Shown here: positions 37,847-49,562 of the stretch, piece by piece | How positions within the stretch are numbered: position 1 is the stretch's first letter | Layout of the letters: each line of letters opens with the position of its first letter | Assembly: GCF_000143415.4 (NCBI RefSeq) | Contig: NW_003314325.1 | Coordinates: forward strand, 900,086-964,085 | Direction: 5' to 3' | Length of the DNA stretch: 64,000 nucleotides | Source of the DNA: Selaginella moellendorffii | Lineage: Eukaryota > Plantae > Lycopodiophyta | The notes under the pieces: model-generated | The model's database searches: none | Seen by the model: the letters and a program-made list of their open reading frames with translations, nothing else | Told to the model about the DNA's origin: nothing | Translations under genes and position numbers: made by a program

Positions 37847-40500
37847 ATGGGACCACTAATCGCTTTTCTTATTCTTCTGGCTCAAATCCAGTGCTCGATG
37901 GGAGAGGTAAGTATTTTATTGAGTCTACATCGGTCGCTAACTGGTGCCATCGTAGGTTTATATAGTCTACATGGGGAAGAAAACCGTCAAAGACCACGAA
38001 CTGGTAACGAAATCCCATCACGAAACGCTGGCCAGTGTGTTGGGAAGTGAAGATTTGGCAAAAGGTGCTATCTTGTACAGCTACCGGCATGGATTCAGCG
38101 GTTTCGCAGCAGATATGAATCCAAGGCATGCAAAAGCTTTGTCCAGTAAGTGGCTGTGCTCTCAGTTTTCAGGCTAATACTTCTGCAACAGAGATGCCTG
38201 GAGTTGTGTCTGTGTTCCACAGCAAAAAGGTGAAGCTGCATACAACTCACAGCTGGGACTTCCTTGGACTGGATGTCATGAAGCCCACAGGCATTTTGCA
38301 AGAATCTGGCTTCGGAGTGGACGTAATTGTTGGGGTTGTGGATTCAGGTGTTTGTTAAGTTTCACATTCTAGTGTGCAGCAGATACCAAAATTTCGGAAC
38401 TTTTCTGCAGGTGTATGGCCTGAAGCTGAGAGTTTCAATGACAAATCAATGCCAGCAGTTCCCACAAGATGGAAGGGAATATGTCAAATAGGCGAGAACT
38501 TCACGGCTTCAAACTGTAATAGGTTCGTTGTTGGGACCTCCGAGTGACTTGGAACTTGGAAGTATAGCCGTTTACTCTATGAATGCAGGAAACTTATAGG
38601 AGCTCGATATTTCGACCAAAATGTGGATCCTAGCGTGGAGGACTATAGATCACCCAGAGACAAAGACTCTCACGGCACGCATACATCGTCGACCGCTGTA
38701 GGCAGGCTCGTTTACGGAGCCAGCGATGATGAATTTGGCAGCGGAATAGCTCGTGGTGGAGCACCAATGGCCAGGCTTGCAGTGTACAAATTCTATGAAG
38801 AGAGTAGCAGCTTAGAAGCAGACATTATTTCTGCAATCGACTACGCAATTTATGACGGAGTCGACATCCTGTCCATTTCTGCAGGTGTGGATAATACGTA
38901 CGACTACAACACGGATGGCATTGCAATTGCCGCATTTCATGCAGTCCAGAATGGGATTTTGGTTGTGGCAAGTGGTGGCAATTCGGGACCATATCCGTCC
39001 ACAATCATTAACACTGCTCCCTGGATTCTGAGTGTGGGAGCAGGCACTATTGACCGGGGTTTCTATGCAAAGATCATTCTTCCCGACAATGCTACCTCTT
39101 GCCAGGTTTGCAAAATGGCTGTACGAACCTTTTTAAATGTTTTTAGACAGGCAACGCCATTACAGCATCGGACCGGTTCTGAAGTTGGATTGCATAGAAT
39201 TGCCTCTGGAGAGGATGGGTATGCATACATTCGGACACTAGTATCTCTCTGATGAGGTGAATTCTCTGCAGCTATTGCACAGAAGCGAGATTGAATGGTA
39301 CCACCCTGAGAGGGAAGTATGTCCTTTGCATTGCTTCCTTGGACCTAGATGCTATCGAAAAGGCTGGAGCCACCGGAATTATAATCACCGATACAGCCGG
39401 ATTGATACCGATAACAGGAACCTTGTCGCTCCCTATATTTGTAGTTCCCAGTGCATGCGGTGTGCAGCTCTTAGGTCACAGATCACATGAGAGGTAAGCC
39501 AGATCGATCTTGTTTGAACTTGCCTACCTCCAATTGCAGATCGTCAACGATCTATATCCATCCACCTGAAACTGTGACCGGGATTGGACCAGCCCCTGCT
39601 GTTGCAACCTTCTCATCCAGGGGACCAAACCCAATTTCTCCTGATATTCTAAAGGTTTGTGAGTCATTTGGTTTCCAAATTCAAACATCTGATATATCAC
39701 CGGCATTGCAGCCTGATATCATTGCTCCTGGCGTTGACATAATCGCAGCTATTCCTCCAAAAAGCCATTCAAGCAGCTCAGCAAAGAGTTTTGGAGCGAT
39801 GAGCGGCACGTCCATGTCCTGTCCTCACGTTTCCGGTGTTGCGGCTTTGCTTAAATCCTTGCATCCAGATTGGAGCCCCTCCGCAATCAAGTCTGCAATT
39901 ATGACAACAGGTATGTGGGTTTTGCAAGCTCTGTCCTGAAGTATCACGCTTGCAGCTTGGAACATGGACAACACAAGGGATATAATAACCGATAGTTACA
40001 CACTAAGTTATTCCAACCCCTTCGGATATGGTGCAGGACACATCAATCCAACCAAAGCAGCAGATCCAGGCCTTGTTTACGTTACCACTCCTCAAGACTA
40101 TGCTCTCTTCTGCTGCAGCCTGGGCAGCGTTTGCAAGATTGAACACTCCAAATGCTCGTCTCAGACTCTAGCAGCCACTGAGCTGAACTATCCCTCGATA
40201 ACAATCTCCAATCTGGTGGGAGCCAAAACAGTGAAAAGAGTTGTGACAAACGTAGGGACACCATACTCAAGTTACAGGGCAATCGTGGAAGAGCCGCATA
40301 GCGTCAGAGTTACAGTCAAACCGGACATTCTCCATTTCAACAGTTCCGTGACAAAGCTGTCTTATGAGATCACGTTTGAGGCTGCTCAAATAGTTCGTTC
40401 AGTGGGGCACTATGCTTTTGGCTCCATCACTTGGTCAGATGGCGTCCATTATGTACGGAGCCCCATTAGTGTCCAGGTAAACGATTTCATTCGTGCTTGA
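37847..40500 (+). CDS. Subtilisin-like serine protease (S8A; signal peptide, I9, PA, Fn3-like), intact copy 3
   Basis: Triad motifs [24 protein letters not shown]; frame kept through [20 protein letters not shown]; GT-AG introns of ~45-65 nt. Confidence 0.9.
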
Positions 40501-41156
40501 CTGGGTGGTAAATAAACGACGAAATAACTGTTTCTTGCACCCTAAGCGAGAATCATCTATGGTATGAATATAAACCATAAGACTTGCCCCTCTTTGATTT
40601 CAAAAGCAATTCAATGTTTCGTGAAGCCCCAAACCATTTACCATTTCAGTTGGCGAGTGCAACTGTGTTGTAAATCATTCATGTTGCCTTTGTTCCAAAG
40701 CTATCAACAACGTGGGACTATTCCAGAAAACTACGACTTGCGATCAGGAATTGTTGACTCTTGACGATAGCCTGCTGCTTGTAGCGCTCGTGTCCACCAT
40801 CGTCTCCCAATCTGTTTCCAACAGTTCTTCAATCAATTGTAGAGGATAGCGATTCCAGACAGTGAAGTCGATCACCAGGCTGCCGTCCTAAGATGGGTGC
40901 TCCAGTTGGAGATTGAATGAAGCCTGAAGCAAAATTCTCCTCAATATCGTACTGGCAGTGGACCCTTTGACTCTTGTAAAAGTCAACATAGTATTATCTT
41001 CAAATTATGTGAGCACTAGACACCACATTTTCTTAACTATTAAGTTTGTTTAACAGGTGTCAAGCTCAAAGCTACGTGTTGGAATCGACGTAGAACTGGT
41101 TTCCTTTCATGCCGAGAGCTCTCCCCCAAACTTGCTGAGAGATCCTTCCATCCCAA

Positions 41157-42227
41157 ATGGTGAGGTCGGTGCCCGCCAATGAGAATCACATTCCTTCCGC
41201 AGTTGCCAGGCGAAGTGTTGCTTCTCACTGGTATCACAGGTATGGTCTCTAGGATTTTCCAAGTTCGGTTTTAAGAATGAAACAAGCAACTCTTCTCATT
41301 AACTTCCATCGTGTTTTGGTCTTTCCTAGGAGCTTCTCGAGGAGCTGAGTGTGTACATGGTGTCTTACGATCGAGCCGGTTATGGACAGAGCGACCCAAA
41401 TCCAACACGAGCCGTGAAGTCGGAGGCTTTCGACGTTGAAGAACTCGCAGACCAACTTGAGCTGGGACCAAAGTTTTACTTGGCATCTATCTCGATTGGA
41501 GGCTACACCGCTTGGTCTTGCCTTTACTACATCCCCCACAGGTAAAACGTTAATTCCATGTCTCATAGTTCTTTTCGTTTCGTTGTTCGGAGAACTAACT
41601 TTTCGCTATAGATTAGCTGGAGTTTTGATGTTCTCGCCCGTCACAAACTTTTGGTGGTCGAAGCTCCCATCCCGGGAAGCCTACAATGCGTTTCACACGC
41701 AGGCAATTGGAGACAAGCTCGCGCTGCTCGTCGCTCACTACACCCCCTCCTTCCTCTACTTTTGGATGACACAAAAGCTTCTCCCAACGTCGAGCACCAT
41801 GGGAGCGCTCCACTTACATTGCAACCCAATGGACAGGGACACAATACTCGGAGGAAAACCGGATCCTGCTGTAAGTTTCAATACTTCCGATTGTTTCTAT
41901 GATACTCATGTAGTTTTCATCGTCCAGATTGCCGAAGAGGCAATGCAGCAGGGGATCTTCGAGTCGAAAATACGCGACAAGATGGTCATGTTTGGCAACT
42001 GGGAGTTCGACCCCTCGGAAGTCCCGGATCCATTCCCGAGCAAGAATGGGTCGGTTCACATATGGCAGGGTGACGAAGACTATCTCGTCCCTGTGGCGTT
42101 GCAGCGCTATGTCCATCGATCCCTCCCGTGGATCCAGTATCATGAACTTGCCGGGGTTGGGCATTTGCTCCATGCTGCGCCGGGTTTGACTGAGAAAGCA
42201 TTTCGTCAGCTCTTCCAATCATCCTGA
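41157..42227 (+). pseudogene. Alpha/beta-hydrolase copy 2 with ~297-bp deletion
   Basis: At 41224/41225 the equivalent of 28984-29280 is missing (TM anchor and HG motif lost, frame broken). Confidence 0.8.
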
Positions 42228-42383
42228 TACCCTGGATGTAAACATATGCTAATTTACAAAAAAGTTTTAACAGCCTTTCATTGACTTCGCATTGACTATG
42301 TTGACTTTGCATTGACCATGTTGTAGAGAGCTGGAGGGGCAAATGTAGCGTTCCAGCTTCTCGGGAGCAATGCTATGGCTTCT

Positions 42384-44720
42384 TCAAACGCTGGCCAGCA
42401 AGAGATCATACCCAGCGCCATCCCTGGCATCCATCCTCACCAGATTCTCAAACGCGGCTCTGGCGAGATCATAGCTCTCCCACCGCCGGCAAGAGCTCAA
42501 GATCGTCCTCCACGCCACCGCATTCGCCCGGAAGGGCATCGATCGCAGCAGCTCCACCGCGGCATCCAGCTCGTTGGCTCGACCCAAGAGATCCACCATG
42601 CACACGTAGTGCTCCATCTCCGGCTCCACGCCATACCTCTCCGCCATCGCTGCGAAGAACTCCTTCCCCTTCTCCACCAGCCCGCCGTGGCTACACGCCG
42701 CCACCACGCTCTGGATCGTCACGGCGTTGGGCGCCACTCCGTCCTCGACCATCGCTCCAAACAGCGCGATCGCGCGCTGGGACTCGCGGCTGTGGGCGGT
42801 GATGATCGACGTCCACGCGATCACGCCTCTGGATCCAGCGCCATCGAAGATGCGATCCGCGAGGAGGAGAGCTCCACACTTTCCATACGCGTCCACCAGC
42901 GCCGCCACTAGAATCTCCTCCTCCGCCAGCCCCGACCGGCAAATCTCGCCATGGATCACTCGCGCGGCGTCTAGCGCCGCCGCCATCGCCGCCGCCTTGA
43001 GCCCCGCCGCGTAGCAGTGAGCGTCCGGCGCGATGGAGCTCGCGCTCGCGAGGATCATGCTCCAGAAGAGATCCAGCGCCGCTCCAGCCTCGCCACTCTC
43101 GCAGCACGCCAGCAGCAGCGACGTGATCGCCACCACGTCGCAGCGATCGATCGACTGGAAAGCTCGCCGCGCGTCGTCCAAGCTCCCACACTTGGAGTAG
43201 AGATCCACAAGCGAGCTCGCCACCTTGCTCGAGACGTCTAAAGCTCGGGAGTGTAGCTCCATCCCTCTCTCCAGAGCTCCAAGCTTGACGAGTTTGCCCT
43301 CGTCCATCTCCGCGCTCTCCTCACGGGCCGCCATAGCCATGCAAGCTTTGAGAGCTGGAAGAAGAATGGAGCCACCGCCGCCACCGCCGCCACTTGGATC
43401 TTGTCTCATCCATTCTAGAGCTAGCTCCACGGCGAGCTCGGGCGCCTCATTCTCGGCATAGCCGAGCACCAAAACGTTCCACGACACGGAAGTGTGAGCC
43501 GGCATCCTATCGAAAACCCGGCGAGCATCGACCAAGCTTCCACACTTTGCGTACATTCCCAGCAAGCTGTTGGCCACGAAGGTGTCCGAGTCTTGTGAAG
43601 ATCTCGCTGCCTGAGAGTGAATCGCCATCCCGGTTTCCAAAGCTTCCAGCTTTCTCGCATCAAACGCTCGGGAGCTTCTTGCCAAGACTGTTTTTCTTCC
43701 ATCAACCTGGGCGCTCTTTCCCGGGAGAGTTTCCATCCTTCTATCGACCTGTGAGCTATCTTCCTGTTGAGAGCTCCTTGCCGAGGCTTCCATCTTCCTC
43801 CCATCCGTCTGCGGCTTTCTTTCTGCCTTTGTTCTGTCTCTCTGCGAGGCGATTGTCGTGCAAGCCTTGAGAGCAGCGACGAAAGCTCGCGCGTTGGGAG
43901 CGCAGCCCCGGCTTTGCATGCTCCCAAACAGCTCAAGCGCCGTCTCTCCCTGCCCGTTGTCCGCGTAGCCGAGCATGAGAGCGGTGTAAGTCACAACGTC
44001 GCAGCTGGGCATCTTGCCGAAAACTCGCCGAGCCAGCACCAAGCTCCCACACTTTGCGTACATGTCCACGAGACTGCTCGTCACAAAAGCGTCCGACTCG
44101 CAGTGCACCATCGCTGCCTGTGAGTGAATTTCGAGGCCTTGCTCCAGAGCTCGCAACTTCAAACGAGCTCCGTCATGACTTTGTTGCTCAGCTTCTTTCG
44201 CTGCCAAGTTACTGCAAGCTCTGAGGGCGGCCACGAAAGTCCCAGCATTTGGAGCGTAGCCTCCGAGTTTCATGTTGAAGAAGAGCTTGAGAGCGAGCTC
44301 TTCTTCGCCATTTCTTGCGTATCCCAGCATGAGAGCGTTCCAGAGAACCGTGTCCTGGTTGAGAGTCGAGTTGAAAACCTTTAGTGCCTCCCCCATGCTC
44401 TCGCATTTTGCGTACATGTTGATCAAGGAGGTGGCGATGAATGTGTCCGACTGCAGCCCGATCTCGGTGGCTCGAGAGTGAAGGATTTTTCCCGTGCGGA
44501 GGTCTCTTGAGCTCGTGCATACCTTCAGCGCAGCAAGTAACTTGGATCTCGCTGCTCCGTTTGCAAGCATACAAGGATGCAAAGGCTGCAAAACAAAGAC
44601 ATGACAAAATGATGAAGCATTCACTAATGCTTTAGCTGAATGAAAGTGCAAGGTACCTATATCACTGTTGAAGGCATTTGGGTCGAAGCAGCGCAATCCA
44701 AAAGAGCAGCAAAACTTCAT
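42384..44720 (-). CDS. PLS-class PPR protein, copy 2 (intact)
   Basis: 778-aa ORF near-identical to 30478-32817. Confidence 0.9.
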   Translation of the reverse strand: MKFCCSFGLRCFDPNAFNSDIGTLHFHSAKALVNASSFCHVFVLQPLHPCMLANGAARSKLLAALKVCTSSRDLRTGKILHSRATEIGLQSDTFIATSLINMYAKCESMGEALKVFNSTLNQDTVLWNALMLGYARNGEEELALKLFFNMKLGGYAPNAGTFVAALRACSNLAAKEAEQQSHDGARLKLRALEQGLEIHSQAAMVHCESDAFVTSSLVDMYAKCGSLVLARRVFGKMPSCDVVTYTALMLGYADNGQGETALELFGSMQSRGCAPNARAFVAALKACTTIASQRDRTKAERKPQTDGRKMEASARSSQQEDSSQVDRRMETLPGKSAQVDGRKTVLARSSRAFDARKLEALETGMAIHSQAARSSQDSDTFVANSLLGMYAKCGSLVDARRVFDRMPAHTSVSWNVLVLGYAENEAPELAVELALEWMRQDPSGGGGGGGSILLPALKACMAMAAREESAEMDEGKLVKLGALERGMELHSRALDVSSKVASSLVDLYSKCGSLDDARRAFQSIDRCDVVAITSLLLACCESGEAGAALDLFWSMILASASSIAPDAHCYAAGLKAAAMAAALDAARVIHGEICRSGLAEEEILVAALVDAYGKCGALLLADRIFDGAGSRGVIAWTSIITAHSRESQRAIALFGAMVEDGVAPNAVTIQSVVAACSHGGLVEKGKEFFAAMAERYGVEPEMEHYVCMVDLLGRANELDAAVELLRSMPFRANAVAWRTILSSCRRWESYDLARAAFENLVRMDARDGAGYDLLLASV

Positions 44721-44830
44721 CTATCTGCAACAAAACCCTAGAGAAGTTCCTCCAACAGAAGTCTTAGTCTTTGTTGTCAATCTTTCAATTAAGAGATTAA
44801 ATAAAAGAATCGTCTTGAAGTACCTATCTT

Positions 44831-46563
44831 TCACTCTGCGATGGAAATTGCAACCGCAGTTCCGATTCCACAGGTTAATGCAAACAGCTGGAGCAATGTG
44901 CTCTTGATAGAGCTTCCTTGCTGATGCATTTCAGGTATAACTCCTGCCAAGGAGATGTACAAAAAGCCTCCGGCCGTGAACGCCTGCAAGAGTTTCTAAA
45001 AGTCAGTTGCGGTCCATCTCGTAAGATTTTAATACCTCAATCACCGATGACTGCTCGGGATTGGCCCCAAAAACTAGCGCCTGGATTGAGTTTCAACCAT
45101 GTGAACACCACAAAACCGAAATGGCTAGCTAGCTACACATACCACGGCAGTGCCAGCCAAAGCAACCAACGCAGACAAAAAGTTGAATGCCAAAGCCTTG
45201 AAAACAGTGAAGCCAGATCTTACAAGAATTCCAAAATCTCCAACCTGAAATATACGAGCGATTAAGAAAGCAGCAATGCCAGGAGAGTTATAACCTCTTG
45301 AGGAAGCTCGTGGACAAGAAGGAAGAACGTTCTGGACCAGCCTCCTTTTGTTCCATATAGAAGAAAAGCTGCTCCTATCGCCATTCCGTCGGTGAAGTTA
45401 TGCTGCGAAAATAATGAGCTTAAAGCATGATAGGAGCATTCCAAAGCTGCAACCATACCACTCCGTCGGAGAACAGGTTCAGATAACCCAGCACAAGTTT
45501 AGATCCATCAGCGTTCTTCTGTGCTTTTTTCTTCTTGGAATTTTTTGGAGGGATCTTTTCAGTTTCCTGGAGCGAAGTTTGTTCGTTGAGGCGAAACAAA
45601 AGAGCTTCAGGAAAAACTTACAGAACTTTTGTCGCAGTCAGGTGCATTACCATCATTTTTTTTGGGATGGTGGTGATGTGAATGCGAAGTTTGAAAACCG
45701 TGCTCCTCGACGTAGCGCACTATCTTCTCAACCATGAAGAACAGTAAAATTCCGGCTGCGCAGAAGCATACTACTGTTATCAGAAAACTTCTTACAACAA
45801 TTTTACGTACCGAGAACACAAAGTCCAGTTGAGATCTCCTTAAGCGAATGAGCGTGACCTCCGTTATCATGATCGTGTGAATGATGGGAATGAGAGTGCG
45901 AATGCGTAGAATGGCTTGAATCTCCAAACGCGTGAGGCAGCTGGTGGAGGAACGCATCGCCCATCATGGCACCTCCCTGCCGGTAAAATTCTAAGACCTG
46001 TTCTAAATAACCAGGTTCAAGAACTTACTCCAAATGCCGCCAAAGTGTTCACAAAATTCGCAGGAGGAGGTCCTTTAGCTGCAAAGATCGAGCTGGTGTT
46101 AGAGAAAAAAAAGTTCCATGCGAAGGAAAAAAAAAAGCTCATCGTACAGGAAATCAAAGGGACCGTCGCGAGACAGATGAGAGAAACCAGGCTCACCAAT
46201 AACGAACTTCCCATCGCGTAAGTCCAGAGCTCTACAGAGGAAAACAAATAGAGTATTAAACTCTACGCTATAACCTATACTACAAAACATACCAAATTTC
46301 GAGAGCTCGCTCCTGGAATCCTCAAACACCGAGCTGCCGAATCCAAAGCGCTTGAGATCCTCCTCTTCCGCGAGCTCCTCCGGTAGCAGACTGTGATCGT
46401 CGTGATGATGATCATGCGAAGAATGCGAATGAGCATGGTCGCGGGAGTGATGATGCCCGCCATGGCTGCAAGAATGCGAGTGCTCGTGCTCGTGAGCTGA
46501 GGCGAGGAGAGATCCGCGCGCTGCCGAGACGACGACGAGCAAAACGAGGGATGCGCGCTCCAT
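44831..46563 (-). CDS. IAR1: IAR1/ZIP7-like (LIV-1 subfamily) zinc transporter
   Basis: His-rich N-terminus, LPEELAEEED, HNFTDGMAIG, HELPQEVGDFGILVRSGF, FTAGGFLYI, stop at 44831-44833. Confidence 0.88.
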
Positions 46564-46599
46564 GGCGCATCTAGGGCTCCTCTTCTCGAGCAGGGAAAT

Positions 46600-46605
46600 A
46601 AAAAA
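46600..46605 (-). terminator. Pol III T6 terminator of the tRNA
   Basis: TTTTTT 4 nt after the discriminator base. Confidence 0.75.
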
Positions 46606-46609
46606 CCAG

Positions 46610-46682
46610 TGACCACGGTGGGATTCGAACCCACGACCTTTGGATTCGAAGTCCAGCGCGCTATCCACTGCGCTACACGGCC
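46610..46682 (-). tRNA. tRNA-Arg (anticodon TCG)
   Basis: GGCCGTGTAGCGCAGTGGATAGCGCGCTGGACTTCGAATCCAAAGGTCGTGGGTTCGAATCCCACCGTGGTCA; cloverleaf, A and B boxes. Confidence 0.93.
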
Positions 46683-47459
46683 TGGCAGAGATCATGGCAA
46701 ACTGCCAAACTCCCACCGGCAGAGTCAACTCCCTTGGTCAATTTAGTCAACTCTTGCCCCAGTCAAACGAATTCCAAGAGGAGAGAAAGAGAAATCTAGG
46801 TCTTGCTCGCCCACCGCGTCGTGAAATTTTGATCTGGGCACTCCAACAAGAGGCGAAGAACACCACATTGAAGGTACTCGCGCGTGAATTCTTAGCTTGG
46901 ATTGTTCTGGCTTGAATACATATCTTCCCATCTCTACAAAACTTTGTTTTCCAGGTAGATTCTCGTAGAAAGTACGCGCTTCGAAAGAAATGGGCACGAA
47001 TTCTCTACGCTAAGAAACGTTATCTACTTTTCTCCATACGTATCTCGTTCGTCTCCATTTCTTTCCCAATTTCCACTCGAGGTACGCTATCCTTTGGTCA
47101 AAAGCTTCTTTTTTTTCCTTCTTCTTCCTCTTTTGTTCGTGCGTAAGCACTACGTAAGTGTGATCGAGAGATCTCTCGCATGGTTTGGCAGTGAATTCGT
47201 GTGCTTGTGTGTGTGTTGCTACCATTGACGGTGGCTGTCGCTGTGGTCCCTCCTTCCACTTTGTCCTTTCTTCCACTCAGTGGAGAACATCTCATTCGTT
47301 TTCTGGCGAGAGCTAAAGTTGTGGAGAGATAGCCTGTGCGTGTGTGTGTGTGAGTATGTACTTCTGTTCCTCTTCCTGAGGCTGCCCCCTTTGTTTCTCA
47401 TTGTTTTTGCTCGTCCCCCTTTTCAACAGGCTCCGGGTTTCCATCGTCGCTGCGCAAAA

Positions 47460-48047
47460 ATGGCTTCTTTTCGCAAGATAGTGCTTGCATCACTACTATC
47501 ATGCTTGCTCCTCGCCGCTGTTGCCACTGAAACCGAAGGTAGAGCGAGCCTTTCTCTCTTTTGTTTTCTCCTTTTTTACTCTAGAACCGATTGTGTTCCT
47601 GATTCTTCCGTGGAATTCTAGCAGATGAGAGCTTGGTGGCTGCACAGGACCAGGTAAATACTCTTGTTTTCTCTTTTTTCGTACTGTTCTTTAGCCGCGT
47701 GATAGGATCTCTCTTAACTTTCATTCGTTCGTATTGCATGATCTCACCCCCACTGTGTCTTCGCCTTTAGAGACTAGTAGATGAGGTAAAAATCTCTTTT
47801 TTTTGCTGCGTTTCGCCACTGTTCTTCGCGTAATCTCCAGTTCTTAAAGCTCTTCGTTTTCGCCAAGTAACTTATACTTCCTATTCTTCAGGCTCTTAAC
47901 TTCGAGCGTGGATTCGCCATGGAACAGATGCTATCACGGATCCAGAGCAAAAAGCTTCGTCGCGAGAGAAACTTGGTCCACACAAACGACTACGCCGATC
48001 CATCGCCAAACACCGATCCAAAGCGCGGCCCGCCAAAATCCGGATAA
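47460..48047 (+). CDS. PSY-like sulfated-peptide precursor (92 aa, 4 exons including a 15-nt micro-exon)
   Basis: Exons 47460-47538, 47625-47653, 47771-47785, 47892-48047: MASFRKIVLASLLSCLLLAAVATETEDESLVAAQDQRLVDEALNFERGFAMEQMLSRIQSKKLRRERNLVHTNDYADPSPNTDPKRGPPKSG*; paralogous to 828-1266 (same 29-nt exon 2). Confidence 0.82.
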
Positions 48048-48388
48048 GTATAGAACTCTTTTGGAAGCGCGTGTAAATTTACTCTACACGGATATCAAGT
48101 CCATGGTTGTTTTTATACATGGCTGACTCTTTGGCTTCCTCAAAGGAAGCATAGTGTGGTTTTGCTGGCCAGCATCAACAATGAATCTATAATATACAAA
48201 TGGTTTGTGGCTTATAATGCTGGTAGAATAGTGTTCTATCAATTTATAAGCAGCAGCTTGCAGAGAGGCCAGCCACAATATATGACCACTTTGATGGTGT
48301 GAGCTGACCGAGTGGAACAAGTGTTGTTGTAAGAGCTAGGGAGAGTTTAAATGTGAGTGTGGAGCTTCCGGAGAAGCATAGAGAAAGC

Positions 48389-48750
48389 ATGGGCGTGTTT
48401 GCGAGAAGCATGCGTTTGCTCGTTTGTCTCATGATCTTTGCTGCAGTGTTGATCTCACAAGCTGAAGTTGAAGCTTTCAAGGATGGAACAAAAGGTAACT
48501 TTTTCCATGGTTTTCTTCCTGCTAAGATGAATGCAAGCTTAAAAAGAGTCTCTCTTTTTGCTCACAGTGGATAAGGTTTCTTTGCCAAGGAAGGTTGTGA
48601 GGAATTTCAAAATGCTGGTAAGTTCATTCTCAGATCTTTTGAGATGTTTAAAATCTGTGGAGCCTTGTTCTGCACTTGCAGGAAGATAAAAAGTACCATT
48701 CAATTCATGTCACTGATTACGATGACCCTTCACACAACACACGGCCATGA
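48389..48750 (+). CDS. PSY-like sulfated-peptide precursor (74 aa, 3 exons)
   Basis: Exons 48389-48494, 48568-48617, 48682-48750: signal peptide...VDKVSLPRKVVRNFKMLEDKKYHSIHVTDYDDPSHNTRP*; same intron phases (1, 0) as the 828-1266 gene. Confidence 0.8.
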
Positions 48751-49365
48751 TAAGAGAAAGAACTCGGACCCCCACTGTCTTTCAACTCCTTGTTCTCCCC
48801 TTCGACTATCTTTTGTCCTCGTAACTGAGTTTAACAAAATCACTGTTCAGAATATTCTATGATGATTTATATTGCTTAAGAATAATCGAAATCCTTAGTA
48901 GTATAATTATGAACTCTTTAAATTCAACATGACATATGATACAGTGGATTACAGTATGTTATATATATAGTTAGTATCAGAAAATAGTATGCAAAAATGG
49001 AGGATGCATTTTTTTTTGTCACAATAAGAAATAAATTTACTTAATTTAAATTTTTTGTTCAAAATAAAATATAAAAACAAAAAATTCAAATACGACATAT
49101 ATTTTGTTGTAATCATTAATTAAAGTTTATAATTCAAGGAGGACTTTTTAGTTCCATGCCTAGAATAGAATATAAAGATATATTTATATTTTTAACACAT
49201 ACTCTAGTAGAGCTTTCAATATAATAATTTATATATTATGTAAATTAAATAAATTTTAATCTTACTTAATTTAAAATATATTATATAACTTGATAACTTT
49301 ACTAAATCAATTTACATATTTTTTTTTTGTAATTATAGTAATATGCCATCAGTTATTTATAGTAA

Positions 49366-49376
49366 TACACACACAC

Positions 49377-49407
<31 letters not shown>
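49366..49407. repeat. (AC)n(AT)n compound microsatellite
   Basis: acacacacacagatatatatat... Confidence 0.9.
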
Positions 49408-49409
<2 letters not shown>

Positions 49410-49562
49410 TATTACTATAAATATCATTTTTAAGTTCTTATAATAATTGTTATGTTTTAAAAAATTAAAGCTTTTTAGAATCAGTTAAACATCAATAAAT
49501 CCTCTATTTTAACTTATTTAAAAGGAAAACAAAATTCTTGAGTTCCTATTGTTTTGGGAGTG

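Larger units (their letters stand above)
34175..46079 (+). repeat. Tandem segmental duplication, unit 2
   Basis: Colinear with unit 1; lacks the kinase (deletion at ~37180) and part of the hydrolase. Confidence 0.92.
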
